A program made the translations under genes and the position numbers. Positions 18,835 to 28,412 of a stretch of DNA of 64,000 bases are shown here, piece after piece. The DNA is from Saprospiraceae bacterium (GTDB lineage: Bacteria > Bacteroidota > Bacteroidia > Chitinophagales > Saprospiraceae), in the NCBI GenBank assembly GCA_036741235.1, contig DAINSQ010000004.1, forward strand, positions 4,200 through 68,199, read 5' to 3'. The stretch's first letter is position 1. The number at the start of each line of letters is the position of its first letter. The notes below the pieces were generated by a model. That model had not been told where the DNA came from, did not search any database, and worked only from the letters and a program-made list of their open reading frames with translations.

Positions 18835-20103
18835 ATGATACAAGATACGCATCTTTTTAACTTGCTTCACCAGGAGTTAGATAGACAACGCAAAGGAATT
18901 GAACTGATTGCCTCCGAGAATTTTACGAGCCAGGCCGTTCTCGATGCCATGGGGTCTTGCCTGACGAATAAATACGCTGAGGGTTATCCCGGTCGCCGGT
19001 ATTACGGCGGCTGCGAGGTTGTGGATACAATCGAACAACTTGCAATCGATCGCCTGAAAGAATTGTTTGGCGCTTCATGGGCCAATGTTCAGCCCCACTC
19101 GGGCGCTCAGGCCAATGCAGCCGTTTTCCTGGCCGTTTTACAACCCGGCGATAGCATCCTGGGGTTCGACCTATCGCACGGCGGCCACCTCTCTCACGGC
19201 TCGCCAGTTAACTTTTCAGGAAAAATATTTAGCGCGCACTTCTACGGCGTAGAACAGGAATCCGGTTTAATAGATATGGATAAAGTTGCCGCCAAAGCCC
19301 GCGAAGTGAAGCCCAAGCTGATTATCTGCGGCGCTTCGGCGTATGCGCGCGATTGGGACTATGCCCGCTTCCGCGCCATTGCCGATGAAGTTGGCGCCTT
19401 GCTGCTGGCCGATATTGCCCACCCCGCCGGCCTCATCGCCGCCAAATTGCTCAACGACCCCATGCCCCACTGCCACATCGTTACTTCTACTACGCATAAA
19501 ACCCTGCGCGGCCCCCGCGGCGGTATTATCATGATGGGAAATAATTTTGACAATCCGTGGGGGCGCACAACCAAAAAAGGGGAACCCATCAAAATGTCGG
19601 CAATACTCGATAGCGGAGTATTCCCCGGCATGCAGGGCGGCCCGCTTGAACACGTCATAGCCGCTAAAGCCGTGGCCTTCTTCGAAGCCTTGCAACCCGA
19701 TTTCAGACAATACGCTCAACAAGTAATCCGCAATGCCCAGGTGATGGCCCAGGCATTTATCGACAAAGGCTACCACGTGATCAGTAATGGTACCGACAAT
19801 CACCTCATGCTCATCGATCTGCGCTCGAAAAATGTAACCGGCAAGCAAGCCGAAAATGCCCTGGTGCGCGCCGATATTACGGTCAACAAAAACATGGTCC
19901 CCTTCGATACACAATCGCCAATGATTACCTCCGGTATCCGCGTGGGCGCCGCCGCCATCACCAGCCGCGGATTTAAGGAAAACGATTGCCTTAAGGTCGT
20001 AGATTGGATGGACGCCATCCTGTCTGATGTAGAAAATGAATCATTGAACAACCGGATTCGACATGAAGTGAACCTGTTTATGCAGCAGTTCCCATTATAC
20101 TAA
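18835..20103 (+). CDS. glyA: serine hydroxymethyltransferase
   Basis: 422 aa. PLP-lysine motif [14 protein letters not shown] and the N-terminal ELIASENF motif. Confidence 0.97.
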   Translation: MIQDTHLFNLLHQELDRQRKGIELIASENFTSQAVLDAMGSCLTNKYAEGYPGRRYYGGCEVVDTIEQLAIDRLKELFGASWANVQPHSGAQANAAVFLAVLQPGDSILGFDLSHGGHLSHGSPVNFSGKIFSAHFYGVEQESGLIDMDKVAAKAREVKPKLIICGASAYARDWDYARFRAIADEVGALLLADIAHPAGLIAAKLLNDPMPHCHIVTSTTHKTLRGPRGGIIMMGNNFDNPWGRTTKKGEPIKMSAILDSGVFPGMQGGPLEHVIAAKAVAFFEALQPDFRQYAQQVIRNAQVMAQAFIDKGYHVISNGTDNHLMLIDLRSKNVTGKQAENALVRADITVNKNMVPFDTQSPMITSGIRVGAAAITSRGFKENDCLKVVDWMDAILSDVENESLNNRIRHEVNLFMQQFPLY

Positions 20104-20124
20104 GGGACGCAATCCGTTTCAGGT

Positions 20125-21186
20125 ATGGGTAAAGTAAAAAAAACACCGCCAGGAGCTCAACGCGCAGGCCGGGAGCAGGCCGAAGAAGAAACTTCCAGTG
20201 AAAATATCGCATTGGAACGGGGCGTTAATTATGTGTTGGCTATTGCCATCGACAAATATGCCGCACCCAACAAACCCCTTTACAATTGCGAACGCGACGC
20301 TGAGGACATTACCCGCATTCTGACTACCAAGTACACGTTTGCTCCCGAAAATGTGAAAAAATTGTATAACGAAAATGCAACCTACGATAATATACTGGTC
20401 GCATTGGATGAGTACTCTCGCCGGCTGGAAGAAAAAGACAGTCTGTTGATCATTTATTCGGGCCACGGCGAAAACCGCAATGGCATAGGCTTTTGGATTC
20501 CCGTAGAAGCTAAAAATTTTACCGATTACCTGCCGCTTAGCCTCATTCGCGATTATCTCGAGCCCGTCAAAGCGAGGCATATTTTTGTGGTATCCGACTC
20601 GTGTTTTGCAGGGCGTTTTTTTATGAGTACTCGCAGCGGCGCCGACTTTACAAAATACACCGAAAAACACCCCTCCCGCTATGCCCTCACTGCCGGCAGA
20701 GATGAACCCGTATTGGACGGAAAACCCGGCCAGAACTCGCCGTTTGCCGATGCTTTTAAATCTGTTTTGAGCAATAATTCCGATCCCATTGGCGCGGTAA
20801 TGCTGAGCGAAAAAGTTTTACTGGACGTTTCCAAAAAAGTCGAAGGCTTTCAAACACCCCGCCACGGCGAACTCAATATCGATGGCAATAAGCACGGACA
20901 GTTTTTCTTCCATCCCAAAAAAGGTATGGGCGCCGAAGAACACCTGGCTACCGCCCAGTTGATTTTACAACTGGCAGACCACGTGTACGACCCTGGCTTG
21001 TACCGTTCGGCAGAAAAGCATATCATTTTTGCTATCGAAAATGCCCGACTGGATAATATCAGTCTACCCGAGGCGCTTTATTGGCAGGCCAAAGCGATGC
21101 AAAGCGCCGGCGATTACGAAGCAGCGATGCAATTATATTCCGAATTTATCGCTCAAAATAAACAGACGCCGAACCCCGCTCCATAG
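20125..21186 (+). CDS. caspase-family (peptidase C14) protein, catalytic dyad intact, C-terminal TPR-like helices
   Basis: His in LLIIYSGHG and Cys in FVVSDSCFAG at the spacing expected for a p20 fold. No signal peptide. Lies 21 nt after glyA. Confidence 0.8.
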   Translation: MGKVKKTPPGAQRAGREQAEEETSSENIALERGVNYVLAIAIDKYAAPNKPLYNCERDAEDITRILTTKYTFAPENVKKLYNENATYDNILVALDEYSRRLEEKDSLLIIYSGHGENRNGIGFWIPVEAKNFTDYLPLSLIRDYLEPVKARHIFVVSDSCFAGRFFMSTRSGADFTKYTEKHPSRYALTAGRDEPVLDGKPGQNSPFADAFKSVLSNNSDPIGAVMLSEKVLLDVSKKVEGFQTPRHGELNIDGNKHGQFFFHPKKGMGAEEHLATAQLILQLADHVYDPGLYRSAEKHIIFAIENARLDNISLPEALYWQAKAMQSAGDYEAAMQLYSEFIAQNKQTPNPAP

Positions 21187-21202
21187 TCCAAAAACTTAGT
21201 TT

Positions 21203-24154
21203 ATGAATAAAGAATTATTGGCAGACGCATATTATCAGTATATCCTTGCAGCTATACAGGCAGGTAAAACTCAGGATGCCGAGGCGAAATACAAGGAAAT
21301 GGGACGTTTTTTTGACGGCCACGCCAAGTTTGCTTCGCTTCATAGTTTAATTGCGCCCGTTCAAATAAATCATGAAAAATCAAAGGTATTTGTGCTTGCA
21401 ATAGGTATTGATCAATACCAAAGTTCAGACTATTCTCCATTGAGAGGTTGCGTTAACGACGCAGGGTTGTTTGTGGAATTAATTAAATCAAAAAGAAAAA
21501 ATGTATATGTCACTTTTATAAAAGATACCGAAGCTACTAAAGCCAATATTATGCTGGCTTTCGAGGAGCTAGACAAAAAGGCCAAACCCGTCGACACCAT
21601 TGCGGTCTATTTTTCCGGCCATGCGCATATTAAAGGATATTGGGATACATATAGCCTGGCTACTTATGATTCAAATATTGTCTCTGAAAAGAATAATCCT
21701 ATTGTAATATACGGAGATGAACTCCACGACGCTATCCAAAAAATTGACGCAATCAATAAATTTTTGATCGTTGATACCCATTCAGATTACGATTTTATGG
21801 CTAAAGCCGTCGAATTGGGAAACTATACGGTATTGTTTGGTTGCGACGACGGAGAAACTGCCCACGAAAGTCAATTTGACGGAAAAACACACGGCGTTTT
21901 TACCTACGCATTTGCAACGGTTATTAAACAATACTCAAGCGAAGTATTGATAACCGGCGATTTACACGAACAAGTGGTAAAATATATCAAGGATAGAAAT
22001 TTCAATCAAACGCCTAAAATGGTTGGCGATATTACGCCGCTGTTTTTTCCGCAAAAAACTATTCAGCCTGCTGAAATTATTAATATCACAAAAAACAACC
22101 ATGCGCCGCTTTCGGAAAGGGATTATTATCGCTTGTCTCAAATAATACAAAAGTCGCCCTTGACTGGTAATTTATTTATTCCCGCTTTAAAAAAAATGGG
22201 ATATCACCTTATCCAAAAAGGAGAACTAGACAAAGGTCTTGACGCTTTTGAATCTTATCAAAAAAACATAGGAATTATCAATGATGAAAATGATGGGCTT
22301 ATACCACTAATCAGAATATGCGACAGACTCGGTCAATACGGCAAAGCGGCAAATTATTTAAAAAGCTGGTTAGAATTTCATCCTGGATTAAATGCCAAAA
22401 ACCCGATTCAGGCTTTGTATGATAAATATTCAACTTATGCCGACGGCGTCCATAAAAAATATGCGCTGGTGGTCGGTATTAATCAATATATAAATTGCCC
22501 TACCCTCCAATCGGCACGTAAAGATGCTGAAAATTGGTATACCTATTTAGTGGAAGATCTTCAAATACCAAAAGAAAATATAACCCTGTTACTGGATAAA
22601 ACAGCTACTCGAAAAACAATATTATCAGAATTTGAAAAATTCGCCGGGCTGGCAAACGAATACCCGGTATTATTCTTCTTTGCGGGGTACGGCTCGGCTT
22701 ATTCCAAAACCTCAGAATCATCTACGAGGGATCTGGGTTGTGACACGCTGAAAGATGATAATAACGCCGCGCCTTTTATCCCAGCCATATTAAGTGTGGA
22801 CGCGCGGCAGGAGGGCGTCCCCGATATCTTGTTTTCAGAACTGTACTCTTTGTCAGCTAATAACAAATCCAGGTTTCTAACCTGTGTGTTAGACATTGGG
22901 TTTGACGAAGTCGCTAACGGCAGGGGTATCAAAGCGGGGGTATTAAATACCAGGGGAATCATATCAGGCGCCTCCGGGCTGAGGACAATAGCCGGGTTTA
23001 TACAGGGAATTGGCAATCTCACCATCCTGCCCGGCACCATCAATTCCGGTAATTTTTCAGAAGCGGCCAGACTATCATGCCAGGAGAATGAACAGGCCGG
23101 GCTTTTTTCTTCAAACCTGTTGGCCGTTCTCAGGGCAAACCCACATGCGATATACCGAATGAGCCAACTGGAAAAGGAGGTGCTGAGAAAAAAAACGCAG
23201 GTGACGGGCCACTATATCCAGACTCCAGTTTTCATCGGCGCCCCGGATTTTGTTGTCTTTGGCTTATACAACCTGGGAGAAGAAGAGATCGCCCAAATAA
23301 AAGACGCGCCTGTTGGCCAACTAAAAACCTTGCTGGAGCAACAAATGGGCGCCAACTGGGGTGAATTCCCTGATAACCCGGTCGTACTGGCAATCGCCGA
23401 AGCGCTGTTGGGCAACATTGAAAAAGCATTGGCCATGCTGAGCGCCGCCGTAGCCGACGAAGTCAGGGAACACCATCGCCATGTTAAAGCCAACTATCAC
23501 CTGGGAAGAATATTGGTTGAAAACAGCAGCGATGACGACAAGGAAAACTGGAGCCAGGCCCTTAATGCAATGCGCGCAGCTACTCAGGCTAACCCCGGTT
23601 TTACTCCGGCGTATTACTACCTGGGAAAAGCTATCCGCCAGGTGAGCATCATTGAGGGTCGCTCGGAGGCGGTCAAAGCTTTTCAAAAATACCAACAAAG
23701 CAACTATATCATCGGCCATCAGGAAGAGGTAGATCAATATCTCGACTCACTCGATGATGAACGCCTTCGCAATCGATATATGAATGAAGGCATCATACAC
23801 CTCGATAAAAATGAATTGACGGAAGCAGAACATTGCTTCCAGGAAGCCCGTCTGCTCGGCGAAAATTCAGCATTTTATTATATGGCGGAAATATATAACA
23901 GGCAGGGCGACTTCCTGCGCGCCCTCAACTCCTATAACCAGGCCCAAATATTAGGAGTAGGAATGGAAGACCTCGCCTTCAAGATGGGCGATATGGTGTG
24001 GAATTTTTTGAAAAATTCCGATGTAATCGCCAACGTACTGGAAGATCTTAAAGCATACAACGAGAATCCAGGTATCCTGAAAAACAGCGGCACCGAATCA
24101 TTACTCGATCATCTGTCGAAAATTCAGGCGCACCTCTCAAAACTCAAACTATAG
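21203..24154 (+). CDS. tandem pseudo-caspase / TPR-like repeat protein
   Basis: Two caspase-like p20 segments. The first (VFVLAIGIDQY..VYFSGHA..FLIVDTHSD) has His present and Cys absent. The second (KYALVVGINQY..FFFAGYGS..CVLDIGFDE) has His replaced by Tyr and Cys absent. Helical TPR-like repeats sit at the N-terminus, between the domains and over the C-terminal ~280 aa. No signal peptide. Confidence 0.7.
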   Translation: MNKELLADAYYQYILAAIQAGKTQDAEAKYKEMGRFFDGHAKFASLHSLIAPVQINHEKSKVFVLAIGIDQYQSSDYSPLRGCVNDAGLFVELIKSKRKNVYVTFIKDTEATKANIMLAFEELDKKAKPVDTIAVYFSGHAHIKGYWDTYSLATYDSNIVSEKNNPIVIYGDELHDAIQKIDAINKFLIVDTHSDYDFMAKAVELGNYTVLFGCDDGETAHESQFDGKTHGVFTYAFATVIKQYSSEVLITGDLHEQVVKYIKDRNFNQTPKMVGDITPLFFPQKTIQPAEIINITKNNHAPLSERDYYRLSQIIQKSPLTGNLFIPALKKMGYHLIQKGELDKGLDAFESYQKNIGIINDENDGLIPLIRICDRLGQYGKAANYLKSWLEFHPGLNAKNPIQALYDKYSTYADGVHKKYALVVGINQYINCPTLQSARKDAENWYTYLVEDLQIPKENITLLLDKTATRKTILSEFEKFAGLANEYPVLFFFAGYGSAYSKTSESSTRDLGCDTLKDDNNAAPFIPAILSVDARQEGVPDILFSELYSLSANNKSRFLTCVLDIGFDEVANGRGIKAGVLNTRGIISGASGLRTIAGFIQGIGNLTILPGTINSGNFSEAARLSCQENEQAGLFSSNLLAVLRANPHAIYRMSQLEKEVLRKKTQVTGHYIQTPVFIGAPDFVVFGLYNLGEEEIAQIKDAPVGQLKTLLEQQMGANWGEFPDNPVVLAIAEALLGNIEKALAMLSAAVADEVREHHRHVKANYHLGRILVENSSDDDKENWSQALNAMRAATQANPGFTPAYYYLGKAIRQVSIIEGRSEAVKAFQKYQQSNYIIGHQEEVDQYLDSLDDERLRNRYMNEGIIHLDKNELTEAEHCFQEARLLGENSAFYYMAEIYNRQGDFLRALNSYNQAQILGVGMEDLAFKMGDMVWNFLKNSDVIANVLEDLKAYNENPGILKNSGTESLLDHLSKIQAHLSKLKL

Positions 24155-26083
24155 CGATACTACTTTTTTAACTGCCTTACCCCTGTTGGTCTCTATCTGA
24201 AGTAGGAATACTCCTTTACCCGGCAAGCGCAACGGATTCACCGGATTGGGGTAGTGGGCCAGCCGGCGGCCATCAATGCTGTAAATGGTGACAGCCCGGA
24301 GCTGAGCGCCCCACACGTCAACGGAGCATATGCCATTGGCGGTTGGGTTGGGCGTGATACGCACCTGAATATTGGCGGCCGGATGCTGCACATTTACCGT
24401 ACCATCTACAAAGTAATCTTCTACCTGGGCGCTGCCCACCATCACCGGCGACTTGTCGGCGCTGTTGAACATACTCCGGAATGTCTCAATTTCAGGTGTG
24501 CTGGCGTCAAACAATTCAGCCATCCAACGGGGAGGTAAAGATTGATAATAGACGGCAGCATATGCCGACAACTTCCCCTGATACCCCTCGATTCCAATTC
24601 GGTAATGCACTACGTCCGAACCGCTGCCTTCAACGCCGTTTTTGCGATTGAAGTCGGGATCATTGGCTGCCTGGCCTTCAATACGAGTAGTATCGTATAC
24701 CGGATGAGATACGCTAAATCCCTCGGGAGGAATGCGATTGTCTTTTAGATTGTTATACGCCCTTTCGAGTATGGAAGTAAACTGCCCATTGACATCTGCA
24801 GGCACGATCTCGTAAATCTGCGCCTGGTCGGGGCGATTGATCAATTGATAGTGAGGCTCAACGCCGCTACCCTGGCCTTCTACTTCAAAGTCGGGACGAA
24901 GGCGGCCCGACTGGAAAACGGTGTCGCCGGCTTCATTCACAACAGTAAACGACACAAAAGCACGTCGACTCGGATAACCCGAGGGGAATTTATGGCCCGC
25001 CTTATTGATAAGCTTGAGCGCAAAAGTTATAGAATCTGCAGTTTCTTCCTCCACTTCCAGGCTCATTTGCAGCGTTTTTTCCTGCAACATAGACAGCGTA
25101 GCGGCAATCGTGGCGTCAAAATGCTCGGCCTCTGCATCGATACCCAAGGTTTGACGGTGTTCCTTCATGAGCTTGAGCATCATGGTATTGGCGCCCGCCA
25201 ATTCATGCAACCCATAGGGCGTACGCGGGTCGAGAAATAGATAATTGGCCGAAATCACCACGGGATCTTCAATGCGAGGCATATGACATCCCTGACAACT
25301 CACCCCTTGCTCTGGATACGAGGAGTTGAGCCATTCGTGATAAGTAGCCTGCTCTACATAAGATGTGCCAAGCGGGTTGCCCTCGTAGTCAAACGGGTGT
25401 GTAACCAGTGTGTGGCAGGGGGCGCAAATACCCGCATCGTTGATATGGTCGCGATAAAGCGGTTTGAAACCTACGAATTCTTCCATAGGCGCGCCGAAGG
25501 GACCAGGATAAGGGCCGAAAATGACGCGCGTTGTGTCAAAATATATCTCTCCGGAGAAAGTAGTTCCCAGATTTTGATCGCTGATTTTATGACAAGTCGA
25601 GCAGGTTACACCGTCGATGCCGATGGAATCCTGCAACATATCGTCAATGAGGTAAGGGCCTTGCCCACGCAAAAAGGCAGTGTAATGCCCATTAGGCGCA
25701 TGGCAGGTCACGCATTTGCTCTGAATGGCTGTACTATGCTGAGGATACAGCAGGATTTCATGACTCACTTTGGCCCTCCAGAAAGGATCTTTGGCGCTAT
25801 TGGCCATCATGGTGGCGCGCCAGTCGTCGTACATATTTACGTCGTTGCCTGCCAAATCAACCATAGCATAACCATTGGGGTCGAGGCCGTGGCAGCCTTT
25901 GCAGGCCGCTGATGTTGGAAAGATAACAGTAGAATCGATGGGCAACAATAAATTGGGCCCCATAGCTTTGAATGCCGCAATTTCTGCTTCGGTATGAAAT
26001 CGCTTGGGCGCCGCATCGGGCAGATTGCCGGCTATGTAGATGGTTCCTAGTATAAGCGCGCCAATAAACAAATGCTTGGACAT
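24149..26083 (-). CDS. secreted pentaheme c-type cytochrome with T9SS C-terminal sorting domain
   Basis: Five CxxCH motifs (CKGCH, CVTCH, CSTCH, CAPCH, CQGCH) in the first ~280 aa. Leader MSKHLFIGALILGTIYIAG from the in-frame ATG at 26083. C-terminal Por tail (ITPNPTANGICSVDVWG...GVFLLQIETNRGKAVKKVVSL). Confidence 0.8.
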   Translation of the reverse strand: MSKHLFIGALILGTIYIAGNLPDAAPKRFHTEAEIAAFKAMGPNLLLPIDSTVIFPTSAACKGCHGLDPNGYAMVDLAGNDVNMYDDWRATMMANSAKDPFWRAKVSHEILLYPQHSTAIQSKCVTCHAPNGHYTAFLRGQGPYLIDDMLQDSIGIDGVTCSTCHKISDQNLGTTFSGEIYFDTTRVIFGPYPGPFGAPMEEFVGFKPLYRDHINDAGICAPCHTLVTHPFDYEGNPLGTSYVEQATYHEWLNSSYPEQGVSCQGCHMPRIEDPVVISANYLFLDPRTPYGLHELAGANTMMLKLMKEHRQTLGIDAEAEHFDATIAATLSMLQEKTLQMSLEVEEETADSITFALKLINKAGHKFPSGYPSRRAFVSFTVVNEAGDTVFQSGRLRPDFEVEGQGSGVEPHYQLINRPDQAQIYEIVPADVNGQFTSILERAYNNLKDNRIPPEGFSVSHPVYDTTRIEGQAANDPDFNRKNGVEGSGSDVVHYRIGIEGYQGKLSAYAAVYYQSLPPRWMAELFDASTPEIETFRSMFNSADKSPVMVGSAQVEDYFVDGTVNVQHPAANIQVRITPNPTANGICSVDVWGAQLRAVTIYSIDGRRLAHYPNPVNPLRLPGKGVFLLQIETNRGKAVKKVVSL

Positions 26084-26265
26084 AGCAGTTTTTTTTGCAT
26101 ACAAGGTGATATAGGGTCAAAAACCACCTGTCGCCTTGTCACGTAAAAATGCAAATTCATTTTCATTGCGGAACAACTTGTCTCTATATTTTTAAGCGTT
26201 CCGTCGTGAAGATTGCGCTGACAGTGCCTGTGCCATATTACCAGATGCCAATTTACATGAACAAT

Positions 26266-26281
26266 ACGAACGAATGTTCGT
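26266..26281. promoter_or_regulatory. inverted repeat ACGAAC-GAAT-GTTCGT, candidate operator upstream of paaA
   Basis: 6-bp arms with a 4-bp spacer, 18 nt upstream of the -7 box. Confidence 0.3.
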
Positions 26282-26298
26282 TTCTTTATAAAAAGAAG

Positions 26299-26306
26299 TA
26301 TATTTG
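26299..26306 (+). promoter_or_regulatory. Bacteroidota-type -7 box (TATATTTG) upstream of paaA
   Basis: Exact TAnnTTTG match, 17 nt upstream of the ATG at 26323. It lies inside the artefactual N-terminal extension of the ORF-track entry. Confidence 0.5.
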
Positions 26307-26322
26307 TATCGCAAAAAAAGCC

Positions 26323-27285
26323 ATGGCAGCTATGAACGAGTTGACCTTAGAGCAGGAATTCCAGGCCAAGATTGATGCTGATATCAAGATCGAGCCTAAA
26401 GACTGGATGCCCGACGCCTATCGCAAAACGCTAATCAGGCAGATCTCCCAGCACGCCCATTCTGAAATCGTCGGTATGTTGCCAGAAGGCAATTGGATAT
26501 CGAGGGCGCCGTCGCTGCGGCGAAAAGTCGCCCTGCTGGCCAAAGTTCAAGATGAAGGCGGCCACGGGCTATACCTCTACAGCGCTACCGAAACGCTGGG
26601 CGTTGACCGCGAGGATCTGATAGACGATCTGCACAGCGGCAAAGCCAAATACAGCAGCATTTTTAACTATCCTTCACTCAATTGGGCCGACATCGGCGCT
26701 ATTGGCTGGCTGGTTGACGGCGCTGCCATCATGAACCAGGTAGCCCTCTGCCGTACTTCCTACGGCCCTTATGCCCGCGCCATGGTGCGCATTTGCAAAG
26801 AGGAAAGTTTTCACCAGCGCCAGGGCTACGAAATATTGCTCACGCTGTGCCGCGGCACGGAAGTGCAAAAACGCATGGCCCAGGATGCCATCAACCGCTG
26901 GTGGTGGCCCTCACTGATGATGTTCGGCCCTCCCGACACCGATTCGCCCAACTCTGAGCAATCTATGAAATGGCGCATCAAACGCCAGTCGAATGATGAA
27001 TTGCGCCAGCGTTTCATTGATATGACGGTGCCACAAGCTGACTTCCTTGGATTGGTACTGCCCGACCCGCTGTTGAAATGGAATGAAGACCGAGGTCACT
27101 ACGACTTTGGCCCCATCAACTGGGAAGAATTTAAAAACGTGCTCAAAGGAAACGGCCAATGTAACCGGCAGCGCATGAAAGATCGCATCAAGGCCCATGA
27201 GGAAGGCGCCTGGGTGCGCGATGCAGCCATGGCTTACGCCGAAAAGCGCCGCCAACGTCAGGAACAAAAGACAAGCGTAGCTTAG
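26323..27285 (+). CDS. paaA: 1,2-phenylacetyl-CoA epoxidase subunit A
   Basis: 320 aa from [13 protein letters not shown]. Di-iron ferritin-like motifs ([16 protein letters not shown]), followed by paaB and paaC. Confidence 0.9.
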   Translation: MAAMNELTLEQEFQAKIDADIKIEPKDWMPDAYRKTLIRQISQHAHSEIVGMLPEGNWISRAPSLRRKVALLAKVQDEGGHGLYLYSATETLGVDREDLIDDLHSGKAKYSSIFNYPSLNWADIGAIGWLVDGAAIMNQVALCRTSYGPYARAMVRICKEESFHQRQGYEILLTLCRGTEVQKRMAQDAINRWWWPSLMMFGPPDTDSPNSEQSMKWRIKRQSNDELRQRFIDMTVPQADFLGLVLPDPLLKWNEDRGHYDFGPINWEEFKNVLKGNGQCNRQRMKDRIKAHEEGAWVRDAAMAYAEKRRQRQEQKTSVA

Positions 27286-27305
27286 TTTATCAAACCATCA
27301 GCACC

Positions 27306-27590
27306 ATGAAAAACAACTGGCCACTGTGGGAAATCTTCATCCGCAGCAAAAACGGACTTAACCACAAACACGTTGGTAGCCTGCACGCCTCCGATGCAGC
27401 AATGGCTATCGAAAACGCGCGCGATGTCTATACCCGCCGCAACGAAGGCGTTAGCATTTGGGTCGTAGAATCCAAATATATCACGGCATCAAGCCCTGAA
27501 GACAGCGAGGCGTTCTTCGATCCGGCCAACGACAAAGTATACAGGCATCCCACTTTTTACGATTTGCCCGACGAGGTAAAACACATTTGA
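27306..27590 (+). CDS. paaB: 1,2-phenylacetyl-CoA epoxidase subunit B
   Basis: 94 aa. WPLWEIFIRSKNGLNHKHVGSLHA... is the typical PaaB sequence and size. Confidence 0.9.
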   Translation: MKNNWPLWEIFIRSKNGLNHKHVGSLHASDAAMAIENARDVYTRRNEGVSIWVVESKYITASSPEDSEAFFDPANDKVYRHPTFYDLPDEVKHI

Positions 27591-27633
27591 TCAAACTCAG
27601 CCTTTTAACCAAACCATATAACCAAACAACGCC

Positions 27634-28401
27634 ATGACCACCGCGAATTTGCCACAAGCCCGCTTCAATTATTTATTGCGATTGGGCGATAATGCCTTGA
27701 TATTAGGCCAGCGCTTGTCGGAATGGTGTGGTCATGGCCCGGTGTTGGAGCAAGATATAGCGATTACCAATATTGCGCTCGACCTCATCGGACAGGCCCG
27801 GTCGATCTATGCCTACGCCGCCGAACTCGAAGGCAAAGGCCGCAGCGAAGACGATATCGCTTTCCTGCGCGACGCCTGGGATTTTTACAACGTTCAACTC
27901 GTTGAACAACCCAACGAAGACTGGGCATACGCTATCGTACGCCAGTTTTTATTCGATTCCTGCAATTTTTACCTATACCAATCGCTCACCCACAGCAGCG
28001 ACGAACACATCAGGGCTATCGCTGAAAAATCGCTCAAGGAAATCACTTACCACCTCCGCTATAGCTCGGAGTGGATGATTCGCCTGGGCGACGGCACCGA
28101 GTTGAGCCGCCAGAAAATGCAAACCGCGCTGGACGACCTCTGGATGTACTCGGGTGAAATGATGATGATGGATGAACTCGATATGTTGATGCGCGATCTG
28201 GGCATCGGCGCCGATTTCGATGCCATCAAGCCCCAGGTAGACGCCAAGCGCCGCGAAGTTATCAGCGAAGCAACGCTCCAAATTCCCGGCAACCCGTGGA
28301 TGCAATCAGGCGGAAAACAAGGCCGCCACACCGAATTTCTCGGCCACATACTCGCCGATATGCAGTTTATGCAGCGGGCTTATCCTGGTATGACCTGGTG
28401 A
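27634..28401 (+). CDS. paaC: 1,2-phenylacetyl-CoA epoxidase subunit C
   Basis: 255 aa. YLLRLGDNALILGQRLSEWCGHGPVLEQDIA... is the typical PaaC N-terminus. Confidence 0.88.
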   Translation: MTTANLPQARFNYLLRLGDNALILGQRLSEWCGHGPVLEQDIAITNIALDLIGQARSIYAYAAELEGKGRSEDDIAFLRDAWDFYNVQLVEQPNEDWAYAIVRQFLFDSCNFYLYQSLTHSSDEHIRAIAEKSLKEITYHLRYSSEWMIRLGDGTELSRQKMQTALDDLWMYSGEMMMMDELDMLMRDLGIGADFDAIKPQVDAKRREVISEATLQIPGNPWMQSGGKQGRHTEFLGHILADMQFMQRAYPGMTW

Positions 28402-28412
28402 GGATTTGAGAT

